DNA of 55,409 nucleotides, the filler included, from Sphacelaria rigidula (taxonomy: Eukaryota): the NCBI GenBank assembly GCA_964200075.2. It is 6 parts of 6 records of this genome, joined end to end, with 100 filler letters (N's around TTAATTAATTAA, not from the genome) between each part and the next. Parts side by side here need not be neighbours in the genome. Positions count along the whole stretch, not along the records: positions 1 to 9,153 come from CAXNAA020009167.1; positions 9,254 to 18,405 come from CAXNAA020009168.1; 4 more parts are not named here. The stretch is one strand, 5' to 3'. The position numbers and the translations under genes were made by a program. Of the stretch, positions 1 to 11,819 are shown in pieces. Numbering within the stretch: the first letter of the stretch is position 1; every line of letters begins with the position of its first letter. The notes beneath the pieces are model-generated. The model ran no database searches, was not told the origin of the DNA, and was given only the letters and a program-made list of their open reading frames with translations.

Positions 1-126
1 GATTTCAATACCTACCGTACCCGCCCAATCCTGTATTTTCAAATCTCATACCTACGATACCTACGCATACCACGGTATAGGACACCCCGGCAAATACCGG
101 GGGTACGCTCGGTACGGTACCTTACC
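1..126. repeat. Truncated end of a repeat or DNA-transposon-like element with short TACC/GTACC motifs
   Basis: Dense TACC(T/G) motifs and a CCCGG-caaata-CCGGG hairpin at the contig start; no partner end is visible. Confidence 0.35.
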
Positions 127-1102
127 TACGCTGCCTGTGCAGTCCTACCTTGTAGGCCAGAGGAAGTACGAGCTTTTCGTGCCGCGTCTCCGATGGAAGT
201 GCCGCATTTTCAAATTTAGGTATCAGTTGAGATCTTCTTCGGGCTCAGAAGAACTGGAAGTAGTGCGGTTTCGGTTGAAGGTAGCCGGCCATTGGCAACA
301 CCCTGTTTTTGGTTTCCCCGATCTCGATTTTCGATCGAATTTCTTTGCTTAAAACATCCTCTACAGCTGATTTATGGTCCTTATTGAGAGGACCGAATCT
401 GCATTTGCTGTGCTTCTGATAGGATTTATTTTTAATGTGCCGATTAACATTATATCGGACGCGCGATATAATGGTTCACGATGGGTCGTCCACTGGCTAA
501 GACGCCAAGCGACGTCTCTGCATGTAGGAAGACTTCTCGGTGAGTACAACAAGAAACAAACCCTCACGCGTAGGATAAGGAAACGAATTAAGACGCACGC
601 ACACTCACATCGAGAACGGCAACGTGAGAGACCTGACGCTCTTCATTCATCGGAAGCGCCTGCTTATCGACCCTTCTCTCTCGGATAAAGAGAGTACCGT
701 TCCACATGTTCGACAAACAACTACCGACTACTTCGTACCCGGATAGTTACGTAGTTTTTGGTGGGAAATGGCTGCAATGGATTCGAAGATCGGAGCTGTT
801 CGTAGGCGAGTATCTGTTTAGTTGCAAATATTTCTCATCGAGTAGTTTTGCATGGGAAGGTAGTTACATGTGCAATCAATCAACCAATCAACCATAGTAC
901 CTACAACCGTATCTCACGATAAAGCCGTCCAATGGCAATATACCCAGGCAACTTCAGTCGCACAGGTTCCCCATCCGAGAGTTGTAACCACGCAACAATT
1001 CCTTGTTAATTTTCGTCCAGAGTAAAGCAAGTTCATGCTGGCTGTAATGACGCCTGACTAGTTAGTGTCAACGTTTGGGTGTGATTTAAATCTCGGGCAC
1101 AG

Positions 1103-2749
1103 AATGAGGAGGCGGAGGAGTGGTACAAGGAAGCTCTGCGGCTGACGCCTCTCCACGGGAAAGACACGTGCCTTAGCAACCTCACGCTACTGTTCAGAGC
1201 TAATGGCCATCGACTGGAGCAAGCCGTTCAGCTCATTGTACGGTGAGACCAAACCGTGCGTCATACATCTACATTATTACGGTTTCACATCATTGTTCCT
1301 CTTCAACCGCGCCGCCTATATGCCGTCCTTAGGAGCAGGCGTGACACCAGTATTGGCTTGCAAGGTATGGTTAATGTACCTGCCCTCTGAGGCATTGCAT
1401 CTCCGCCGTTTCCGCCCGACGTTGTTGACTCACCCCTCGTGCTTCACCCAGTACCTCACGTTTCCTCCGCACAAGGCAAATCTTCGTACTTACATGCTGG
1501 AAATCAAGCGCAGGGTTAGGATTAGGGTTAGGGTTAGGGTTAGGGTTAGGGTTAGGGTGGCTACACGACAAAGACGCCAAAGTCAACACGTGAAAAAGAA
1601 ATATGGGTTTTGATTTATGTGGAAAAGGGTGGCCATCGATATTTTCACTTCGAACAAACTCCCACTAAACACACGGAGCTCTCACCGCGGAAATATTTGT
1701 CGGGGCTCTTCTGCATGAAAATCCACGGCGTCGTATCTCGGGTAGTCGTGTTCGACAAAGGAGAAACATCGCCTCGCGCGCTCATAGCCGCCTTGTCTAG
1801 GCGCACGCCTGGGCTACGCACACATAGACACTGACACATTCCCCTTCATGCAAATCTCTCAGGGAAACCGCGCTACCACCGCTACTGGGGGGGGGTGTGG
1901 TTGCCGCTGTTTTGGCCCTGTTGCAGCCCCGCTCCGGACACGAGAAACGATTCGCAGAAGTTTCTGTGAGATTGGGCTATGACTTCGACCTGTTGGGCGA
2001 GGTTCGGAGGCTGAGGGAGACGTTCCCATCGTCCATCAACAACCTCGTTGTGTTCCTAGGCCTGCTGGGGATGCTGGATGACATTCTCCCAGTACTTCAG
2101 GTTTGATGGGTGCTGCAGTGCGCCGTAGAGTATTTTTCAGGTACAGGTACAAGACAGGTGACATGAGGAATGAAGTGAGAAAAATGTCACAGTAAAATCA
2201 GCTAGGCGACACTTGGATCTTACCTGGCAATCCTGTCACTGGGGTTTGAGACAATAGCTGAATAGTACATAGACGCGAGGGACTATTTATTGTTGTGTGT
2301 CAAAATGTGGAGGTTTTCGTTAGATGTCGTATGTCAGTGGACGTCGGGGTAAGGTGTAAATTTTCTATCCTTTTCAGGCGGACGGTTAGAGAAGTTCCAG
2401 GCAATCATAAATGTCTAACCAAGTTGATTGAGTCATCCGCTGCAAAGAACTCCGAGACAAAATGATCCCCGTATCCATTACTGACCGAAAACCATTCCCC
2501 TATCCCTGTGGGCGTTGGAAACACATCCCGCAGATCGTTTCTGGGATGGAGCCTCTTTTTCCTCTGCTGGAAGAGGGGGCCCTCCTGCCTCCTGAACTCC
2601 GCACCCCAGCTCATGGTGTGGCAAGTGCTGCACCCGGACACAACGACCCGGCACCCAACGACAGTCCTGCGGGCTCGTCCCACAGCCACCATACGATACA
2701 CGTTTTGACACAGTACTATGTACCGGCAGACGCGAGACGGGCTAGTGAG
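1103..2749 (+). pseudogene. Multi-exon TPR-repeat protein gene fragment, probably disrupted
   Basis: AG/GT-bounded exons: 1103-1242 (NEEAEEWYKEALRLTPLHGKDTCLSNL, TPR consensus), possibly 1333-1364, 1927-2100 (PRSGHEKRF...ILPVLQ) and ~2378-2749 (ends IHVLTQYYVPADARRASE|gt). Exon phases do not join cleanly and the start of the last exon needs frameshifts. Confidence 0.55.
1512..1557 (+). repeat. Interstitial telomere-type (TTAGGG)n tract
   Basis: One TTAGGA plus six perfect TTAGGG units, inside an intron. Confidence 0.95.
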
Positions 2750-3249
2750 GTGGGCCCATTTGAGTCGGCTGTATGCTCACCGACACATGCTTCCAAACGT
2801 CCAGACCAAGGGTAGCAATTAGTTGACGGGAGAAGGGAGGGCGATGCGGGAAAAGAATGCGTTGTTTCACAGCAGTTTTACTATAGAAAACAGTCCACAT
2901 GAAATCTGTTCATGAGTTTTAGCGGGCAATGTCGCAGAGTTTAATTACACAGGTATCAAGATATTCTTAGACTTTGAGCGACTGACCCCCCAAAGCTAGT
3001 AAGAAGAGAACAGGGGCCCTGGTCGAGCTGCCGAGTACAGTACTGAAACTGTAATATATTTTCGCCGGTTTGTAGCAATTAAAAAAGGTTGAAACCAAGC
3101 AAACTGTAAGCAAGCTGCCCTGCGTGGCGTCAGCAAATCCGACCCTGTGCTTTCTGACGGTAACCCTAGCTAGATGTTGTTTTCTGCGTCTCGACTATGC
3201 CATTTTGGCCTGATGGCAGATCAAGGCGTCTCTACTTCTAAACCTGCAA

Positions 3250-6200
3250 AATCCTCTCGTGGGCACGGTTCACATTCTCAGCGCAGAAGCAGGCATCAGT
3301 CGTAGCATCTTCCACGGTCTAGAGGATGAGATTGCCGGTGAGTCACGCATCTCCTACAGTATATTTATTGCAGGCGTCCTGGAAATATTGCTTGCGCTAG
3401 TAGGTTCGATTTTCAGTTGCCTGCGTCACTTCCGCTGGGCCGTTTGTTTGCGCAGTCGCCAAACATTCATATTACATGGATCTTCTATCTCGCTCGAAAA
3501 CGACCGTATGGCGCTCTCTCGCCTTGATGTTGAGCGCACAGCAGCGATTACACGTAAATCTTAATGTTATGCCAAAGTCTGACTTCTTCGACATGACCAC
3601 ATTTAGCCCAATTTTTCAAATCGTCTTCATACAGTTTCCTTCGGGCAGTTGGCCGACGGTGAACATTGGTCTCAAACCACTCGGATGCACCAACTATGGA
3701 AACGAAACAGTCAAGCAAACTAACTAGCCGACCTGTTTATTTCCCGCGTAATATCTTTGTGCGCCATGCATATCTCAGCAAAGCTTAGAGTGGTGGAGTT
3801 GGGTCGCAGGATGACCTTCCGCGACGCGATTGAGTACGCCAACGGCCATCTCACGGGAGAGGTGCGCATGGTTATGTCGTACGTAGACGCATCATGCTTT
3901 TTTCCTTGCTGCAGGGATTCCGAAAGCCACACGAGTACGCTACGAATGTCATAACGGAACCAAACCCAAAATTCTGGACATTCGGGTATAACACTATTCC
4001 CGCTAAAACGTCCACGAAGAAGTTCGATAAAGGCATACCACTTCGCGTTGGCGCAGATGGCTTAGGCACCAATCCTAAACACCAATCCCAACCTACCAGG
4101 CAAACAGATGATAACATCCCCGCAAAAATCTCCAACTTGAAGAGCGACAAATACACGCCGTTACCCGCTGACGGAGATGCCTCCAAGTTTCCGTCGGCAC
4201 CTTTCGGCAGCCCTGTTCTATCATCAAATCTTCATCTCGGAAACTAATTTTGATCTGGAACGTCCATTTGGGAGATCAAACACGCCGTGGACATACATCT
4301 GGACCTAAAGGTCCCAGGTTGATATTCATGCGGACGTGGCGAATGTTCGTCTAGGACATTCATCGGGGAATCGATATTTATCTGAGACACTGTTTCATCT
4401 AGGACATAATCGTTTTCGCCCACAATATCCATGGGGGGAACACATATCCGTCTGACATGCCCATTTGGCTTGTCCATCAGGCACGTGTCTCTGGGAGTGG
4501 GATAACCATCCAGGCCTGAGATAGTCATGAATGAAAACGGCATTCACCCAGAACGTGTCATATGGAGTGAGTGTAGCTAATGCACTGGCGGGGGTCTCTC
4601 AGTATGAGTGCCAGGAGATACCATGGTGCCAACCCACCAAGCTCCCACGTGGGCAACTTCATACAGACCTAGCTCTCCTTCCTGACTATCACAAAGTAGA
4701 TTGATTCATGTTCAGACTCTTGATAAGGAACTCACGTGTTTGCTTAGAATCATGTATTATCTACAAGCCTCTCTTACTCAGTACAGCCGCAGGGCAGCCA
4801 TAGGAGCAGAGCGTAGTGATGGCCCCGGGTAGAGACCAAGCCAAGCCGGTAACTGATTAGATAGGGCGACGCGGCCTACCGCCGCGGCTGAACGACCCTA
4901 ACTAATGACAGTAGCGGACGCGATAACAACGCGTCACGGAATCCAGGGTCTACGAGCAGACCCGCACAGAGTATATCTTGCAACGCCTCTGAGCTTCATC
5001 ACAAACGCCCCGCATGCTTGGACCAGTGTGCTGTATCCAGTAAAACTTTCGTGGGTGCAGGTTCATGCCAAAGGCAATCCTAACCCAGCCCAGCCCAATC
5101 GTAACTCTGACCAAAACTCAGATCTGTCTGTCGGTGACCATGTAAATCTACGTGAGAGTGTACATTGGAAAAGCACAACGTAGTGAGCGCACAGGCCAGT
5201 GAGATTATAAGGCATACATGTGGGCTATCGTGTGTTTGTACCGTAGGCATCAGTTACCACAACCATGGCCATCCTAGATCGACGGTCCCGATGGATTTGA
5301 GGTCGCAAATGACTGTGCCCATTGAACTTAAAGCGTTCCAGCGGAGTCTCTGATGGATATCGATTTGAGACACCCTAAATCTCGACAGCCATCCCCGAAA
5401 ACGATTCGAGATCTAGGGGGACGTCGCAGATGAATGGTCGCGAATCACATGGGCGTTGGGCGATAATGTGAAGCCTCAGGGATCGTTTGCCCTACCCGAT
5501 TGCGGCCGCACCTGCAACATGCAGAAGTATCGCGGTCGTGTTTCCACCATCTTACACTCAGTTGAGCGATCCGAAATGCGGTAGTTTCTCAGCAAAATTC
5601 CCACCGTTGTAGATGATGTTTCTACCTTGTGTGCCTGTGTGAATCCGGCATCAGCCTTATCGCCAGCACTCGGAATATGCAGTCATGAATATGGAATGCC
5701 AGATATTGGTATCTTGATTGAAGTACTGGTTATTGTCGGATAAATATATCACTGCCTTGGGGCATCAATTCCAGTATTTTCCTCTGTGCAATCAACGCCG
5801 GCGTGATCGCGTGCCATGTCACAGGTAGTGGCGCTGGCGAACTCGGACATCTTCTTCGACCAAAGCCTGGCTAGATTGGGGGACCCTGCTACCTTGGACA
5901 TGACCTCCCGGGTACACGGTGTCTGAGGGTCGCTACTTGTACAAGAAGTTACCGTGCACGTCGCTTAAAAGCTTTCATTTGCGGTGGAGTACCGCCGTCT
6001 CAATCCGGGGCAGTCACCATAGCCGCCACTGTCGCAGCCATTCGGAAAGTAAATTTCATGTCATTGCGGTAAATGTCCCGAATATAATGCTCCAAACGCC
6101 GAAGACAGCACAATGCACCGTTGGTAAAAAACCACGACGGTACTTCCATATCAAACCCCGCCTAGACACGTCGAATCATGGCGAGTGTCCACTTTCATGA

Positions 6201-7430
6201 CTCCTCAGCGTGGCGATTTCCTGCCGTGGTCATCGCCAACTAGGATGGCCACCATTGTCCAGCAGGTTCTTCTTCGTTGATATTGCACTATTCTGTTGCC
6301 GCTATACTCGACCCACCCATAGGTATTTGCGCTGGGAACCTGGCAAAGCACCCTCACAGTCGATCAAGGTGGTGCGATCATGGATGCCACTGTCGGTGGC
6401 GTTAACGCCACTTTTTTGCCCCGAGTCGACAGTCAAGATGCCTGGATTTTCCGCTCCCCTCTGAAGGAATCCGTGCTCGCCTTGGCAGGCTTTGAAATGG
6501 GCAGACCGAGGTACTGCCCTGTACGACTCGATATGAACTCGCCACCTATCGATGCACTAAGTATGCAAAATGCATCGGGGAAACACGTGCGAGGTCTTGA
6601 AGCGACCCATGTACCGTGCGCTGGGGATGAACAGCAATATCTTCGAGAATAATGCTTCAATTGGCTGGTTTACACATGTAACGGCAGCATAATTCATCAC
6701 GTCAACTGAATGTCAATCATGCTCACTTCTCGATCTGTTGGCTTCTACGTAGGAGAGATCTAAAGTTTGAATAACCGGGCTGGGATGAACGTATCGTTGT
6801 TGACAGATGCGACGGACGTCTGGCCAGGGTGTTCATGGACGCAGGATACGTCGTGACCAACCCTGCTCTCAGCATTGTGGCGCATCACTTGCATAGCGCA
6901 GCACCTGTATCACTGAACAGGTCAGCTGTCGAATTTTTTGTTTCAAGTGTTGGGGGGGCTAAGGAATCACATTTCTTCGTGCTTCAGTGCTTGATTTGAC
7001 TGCGTAGTTTCGTGATATTGCCCATAACTCCCACCCTGCCCTTGCTTAGAATGTTTGGATCAGAAAACCTTAGGGGTAGGGCGCTTTCTCGCGGGAAGGG
7101 ATTGTGTCCGAAGGTTGGTCAGCAGTGGATTATGACCGATGTCATAACAAATATGAAAGTAAGACATACACACGTTGCAAATACGTACCCCTAAAAAATC
7201 TCCCACCCGTCGAAAGTAGGCAGATGCATGTGTAAGGAATAGGTTACCATGGCTCCACCTTTCTGGGTCGTTAAAGTTCCTTGTGAAATTACGTGCTCCT
7301 AGTGTGATGATGTCGCCGGGAAGCTCCGTCTGAAACACAGCGTTGAGGACATTCGTTCCTCCAAAGTCAAGTGTCCAGATAGATCCTCAAGCCAATTTCG
7401 TCCCTCTCAACAACATTTGAATCATGATTG
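3250..7430 (-). mobile_element. Decayed intronless element encoding a Pif1-family helicase plus uncharacterised N- and C-terminal regions
   Basis: Frame-hopping minus-strand translation gives Pif1 motifs in order: SEGSGKS (~6450, Walker A), GKKVALTPPT (~6410), AILVGDD (~6240), LGGV*...FYQ (~6140), FATIH (~5435), AGTL*V (~5330). Many stops and frameshifts; interrupted by a solo LTR. Confidence 0.55.
4556..5003 (+). mobile_element. Solo LTR (448 bp) with 4-bp TSD
   Basis: Starts TGTCAT, ends ATCACA, flanked by AACG on both sides (4552-4555, 5004-5007). Homologous to 45703-46100 on the other strand. Confidence 0.8.
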
Positions 7431-7468
7431 TTCAAGTACCAATATATAGTGCAGTATCTCCCCTGACG

Positions 7469-7871
7469 AGTCGATCGTCCATTTTGAGCATGGAGCTTTT
7501 CATTGAGGATGATGACCCGGAAAAGTAAAGTCTTTGCATCCGCACCAATTCTTTTAGATGCGGTTCCGTTCCTTTATCTGCTGATAGCTATTGGCAACCA
7601 CACGTGATAAATATTTGGGTTCCGATCACCCAAAATTGGGGGTCCTAGGTGATTTTTTGTTTTTTGGAGTTCGCAAGAATGTTTTTTGACCTAGGACCCC
7701 CAAATTTTGGTCGTCGGGATCCAAACATGTTTGACATGTAGTAGTTGTCAATAGCTACCAGCAGATGAAGGAATGTAACCATATCTCGGAGAATTGGTAT
7801 GGATGGGAAGATTTTTTTTTCGGGTTATCATCCTCGATGGAAAGCTCCATCCTCAAAATGGATGATCGGCT
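7469..7871. mobile_element. Foldback/MITE-like element with ~180-bp inverted arms
   Basis: Left arm AGTCGATCGTCCATTTTGAGCATGGAGC...GGGGGTCCTAGGT is mirrored by ACCTAGGACCCCC...GCTCCATCCTCAAAATGGATGATCGGCT; spacer ~40 nt. Confidence 0.85.
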
Positions 7872-8099
7872 GTTTCTGAAGATCCTAGAAAAGGAACATG
7901 CTGGGTATCTACCAAAAATCCATTGCTTGCGTCCGTAATAAATCTCATCTCTCATGTCAATAATCGTTCAATGAGGTCATCTTTTCTGACAACGGACAGA
8001 CGACATGACGACATGTGGGATACCTCTGGGGAGTCGAACACGCTCCGTCAATGAGGTAACAGCACTTTGAGATCTAACTTCCTTAGCTCGCCGTTCGTC

Positions 8100-8800
8100 T
8101 ATAATGACCACAAGGGATACTAGATCAAAGTTTCCGCAATGGTCGTCAAGTGTACCGGTTGCGTGTGCTTGATCGATACGCGTGCGAACTGCGGAGGACC
8201 GTGTGCATTATCCCAAAGTTTTCAACACTATTATGTCCCTCAGTACAAGTACCACCGAGTGGAAATATTTTCAAAAACATGGGTAGTCCCTCTCCCGCCA
8301 ACTGCCAAGGAAGAAGAGAAAACACTCCGCATCCTCGAAACGTTGGTGATCTTGCATCCTGTTTCTCGTTGTACCTCCGACTTGAACTAGGTCAGAGAGC
8401 TATCACTACCACTCGAGCGTTGATGCAACAGCATCGGAAATGCCGGAAATAAGCAACAACGGTACCGGGGCAAACGGTGCACTACATGTTTGTAGTTCGG
8501 ATCCTGCCCTCTGCAGAGGTAAAAGTAGAAGTGGTGCGACAAGTACGTGGCGACGAGAAAAGAAGGATACTAATTCTGGCACGTACTCGGGAGACACGCA
8601 GGTTCCCGGGGATATTGCATCCGTGCTTATCTCAGATCAGTGGTTGTTCTAGTTACGTTGTGCCGCGTATTTGGCATCCCCCAAGCGGAAGTGGCACGGA
8701 AAGTCATTCTCTCATGTGGACATTTCGCAGGTAGGTACCCAGGGATTGACGTGGCGCGTGTTGGCATTCCGTTCCACGGCACACATCGGGCATGGACGGT
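8100..8800 (+). pseudogene. hAT-family transposase remnant (C-terminal dimerisation region)
   Basis: Frameshifted motifs FW...RRFPGI and YLA-PPSGSGTE-SFSHV resemble the hAT consensus W...FP.L...YL.IPA(T/S)S...ERSFS. Confidence 0.4.
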
Positions 8801-8909
8801 AATCTCCGTCAGCTGTTCGAGTATTTGCGGCTTTTTGGCATGCTGCACTATTCATACGCATTCTCATTTCCTTTTGCCTCCCCCTTAGTTTTCATTTTGC
8901 TGTTGTGCA

Positions 8910-9020
8910 TGTTTGCTTGGTTCGGTTCTGTTCTGTTTGCTTGGTTCGGTTCTGTTTGCTTGGTTCGGTTCTGTTTGCTTCTTGTTTGCTTCTTGTTTGC
9001 TTGTTTCGGTTCTGTTTGCT
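8910..9020. repeat. Low-complexity tandem repeat (TGTTTGCT / TGGTTCGGTTC units)
   Basis: Directly visible repeated units. Confidence 0.85.
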
Positions 9021-9153
9021 CTGCGCTTATAATAGTATTGTAATGCGTGAGAGGACCGCGTGCTTAGGGGACCGCGCCGTTGTTCAAAACACCTCAGGAT
9101 CGACGTTTATCAAAACCAATCGGGCCAGTCCCTGCAGGTACCGCGCCTCTGAT

Positions 9154-9253
9154 NNNNNNNNNNNNNNNNNNNNNNNNNNNNNNNNNNNNNNNNNNNNTTA
9201 ATTAATTAANNNNNNNNNNNNNNNNNNNNNNNNNNNNNNNNNNNNNNNNNNNN
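9154..9253. other. Artificial contig linker N44-TTAATTAATTAA-N44
   Basis: Six-frame stop spacer; an identical structure recurs five times. Confidence 0.99.
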
Positions 9254-9639
9254 CCGATCCAAGTCGCTCGCTATCGTTGGGGTGGCCAGGAAGGGAAGTG
9301 TTTGGTTGGGTTTCCTCAAGCCCACAAAGAAAAAAAAAAAAATGACTGGATGGCAACACAGGTACATGTCTGCTCCTGTACATAAAATCGACGTTGTACG
9401 AGGGGCAGGTAGGTCACCTCTGTCTTCGGTGAAAACATACGCCGACAACGTTCATGAAAAAAATACGAAGATAAGGGGGCTTGGGGCTGGGGCGGGGTGA
9501 GTGTGCTCATGATAATGCATGCCATTCACAGGTGGACATTCGGCTACCCCCTGTGGTGACCCTGTCAGGACAAACACCATGTGGAGACCCTGTAGTGGCC
9601 TTGTACGGGGCATTTAATCCTGCCAGGGCGGCATGACTG

Positions 9640-10184
9640 GACCTTGTCGGTTTAAACACCTTGACAGGGTTTGACGGTGATACCCTGTACATTTCGAGAC
9701 CTTATACAGGGTAGTGTTTCAACACCTTGCGGAAGAGTTGATCTTGACTGGGTGATGTTTCCATACCCTGGGCAAGCATCCACCTAGGCAAGGTACTGTA
9801 ATGTTACGACACCTTGTACATTTCGAGACCTTATACAGGGTAGTCTTTCAATACCTTGCGGAAGGGTCGACCTTGACAGGGCAGTATTCCCATACCCTGG
9901 GCAAGCATCCACCTTGGCAAGGTAATGTTACGACACCTTGTACATTACAATACCTTTTACAGGGTAGTGTTTCGATACCCTGCGGGAGGGTGGAACTTGA
10001 CTGGATGATGTTCCCATACCCTGGGCCAGCATCCACCATGGCAAGGTATTGTTCCCACACCTTGTCAATGGACCACCTCGGCAGGGTAATGTTTCGGTAC
10101 CTTGTGTCAAGGCTCACACTGATAGGGTATTCTTTCGATACCCTGGGTAAGCACCGATTTCGGCAGGGTGCTGTTTCGACACTG
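9640..10184. repeat. Degenerate tandem array of ~13 x 41-bp units with palindromic core CA(G/A)GGT-N11-ACC(C/T)TG and 3-unit higher-order period
   Basis: Cores start at about 9665, 9707, 9748, 9789, 9836, 9877, 9918, 9960, 10001, 10042, 10082, 10122 and 10164. Confidence 0.85.
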
Positions 10185-10293
10185 AAATTTCGAACAGCTC
10201 CCATTAGAGTCGGTCTACTGTAGATCAAACCAACGGATGAAGGATCTCGGGTTTTAGCAGCTGACATGTCGCAACCAGCTATAATACACACGT

Positions 10294-10420
10294 TTGTTAA
10301 GCAATGTCCGTGGACGTTTTCTCGGCGCGTGGTCGCGAAGGCTGATGCCAGTGGCAGTGAAGCCAAGCGAGCAGATATTCAGTGCTAGGAGGGTAGACAG
10401 AAGATGGTGTCATAGAGGTG
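10294..10420 (+). pseudogene. Short hAT transposase dimerisation-domain remnant
   Basis: SRRLMPVAVKPSEQIFSAR resembles AR..L..PA.S.PSERIFS.AG. Confidence 0.35.
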
Positions 10421-11319
10421 CCACTTGTGCGCAAGACAGTCCAGAACAACCCAAGGAAGACAAGAAAAGGAAGGCTGCTGGACTGGATACCATTTCCCAC
10501 TTGAGACCGAAATATCCGAAATAGTACCGGCGATTCAAAATGCTGCATACTAAATATACTGTTGTACTTGCCCGACGATTGCGTACAAAACAACAGGTTA
10601 CGCCTTGACTGAACGGGCTCCAAAGCTTAGTTTCCTAACAATGTTAAACACAAGATTTATAATGTTACAGGATGATAAAAACGTACAACTTCACAGAAAC
10701 ACCGCACTCTCAGATATATAACAATATGGAGTATCCTGTAGTATTCATTGCGTGGAAGATGACCGATCCGTCAGTTGTGCAGAAGCTCTCTCAAGGCTCG
10801 CCATGGAAAAGATTAGCACGCTTTCGGCCTAGCTGGAGGGTAAGCCAAGCCGCTGTATGCAGCTAGTTCTCTCCGGCGAATTTCTCCCAAGCGGTGATGG
10901 GATGAGAGCAGCTGGAGCGCAGCGTTAACCGCAATCTATGCGCATACATGCACGTTTGCGCAAGTCAGGTATGTGCTCGCCGCTTCTAGGAGTAGTATAG
11001 TACTGTAGTATATAACCGAACAACCTGCTTGTGATCCGAACGGTAGAGGCTCACCAAACGAGCTAGATATACAGTGAGCGCATCGCGTGAAGTCCAACCG
11101 CGCCCGCTGCTGACAAACTTGACCCTTCTGCGATTGGCAGCATCTTGAGATTATACCAAGCACTGTAGCATGCATCCGATGTCGGGCTCGACGCGCCCAT
11201 GGGACGAATCTCGGGACAACAGTAGCAGAATATATTGTATTGAGTTATATTTTAGTTATCCGAATCGTCATTTTCTTCGTTACGAGCTGCATAAATCCAG
11301 AGGTCTACGCGCTGGGCTA

Positions 11320-11590
11320 ACAGTAAATCCGCATTCGCTTTCTACACCACAACTTCTCAAGTTTTTCAAATCAGCGTGACTTGAGCATATTGTTGTGAAG
11401 TGCAGAACAACCTAGTCACACAAGGCACCGCCGCTTAATGAAGGAAAAAAATGAAGAAAAATGCGCTGCAAAGATATGACTTTGATAACGACGGACGAAA
11501 AAAATATATAATCCGTCGGGATTCGAACTCATGACCTCCATAATTGAACTCTCCTGTATCACTCGAATTGAAGGAGGGCGGCCGTGGCAC
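11320..11590 (-). mobile_element. tRNA-derived SINE-like repeat, family A, copy 1
   Basis: B-box GAGTTCGAATCCC on the minus strand (~11518-11530); the body aligns by eye with 21290-21545. Confidence 0.6.
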
Positions 11591-11819
11591 ACGAAAAGTG
11601 CGATGCCGCGCCCAATTTGAGGTGTTTTTGGCCAAACCTTGACCAGAATGTCGTTGGTGCGAGTGCCCGTATGTGTTGGAGTCTTGTCGTTTTTATCATT
11701 TCCTGTCTTTGCTGAAACTTCTACTCGCTCTAACTTCCTGTTTATTTTTTCCTTTGTACCCCCAATAGGATTGCGCGGGTTGATGATGAAAATGACGTAT
11801 CAAACGTTCAGCGCCTCCA

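Noticed and set aside
1203..1613. ORF with RVRVRV repeat (and PNPNPN on the other strand)
   Set aside because: Translation of the TTAGGG tract, not a protein.
9640..10184. CRISPR array
   Set aside because: Variable segments are only ~12 nt and recur with period three, repeats are degenerate, there are no cas genes, and the context is eukaryotic.
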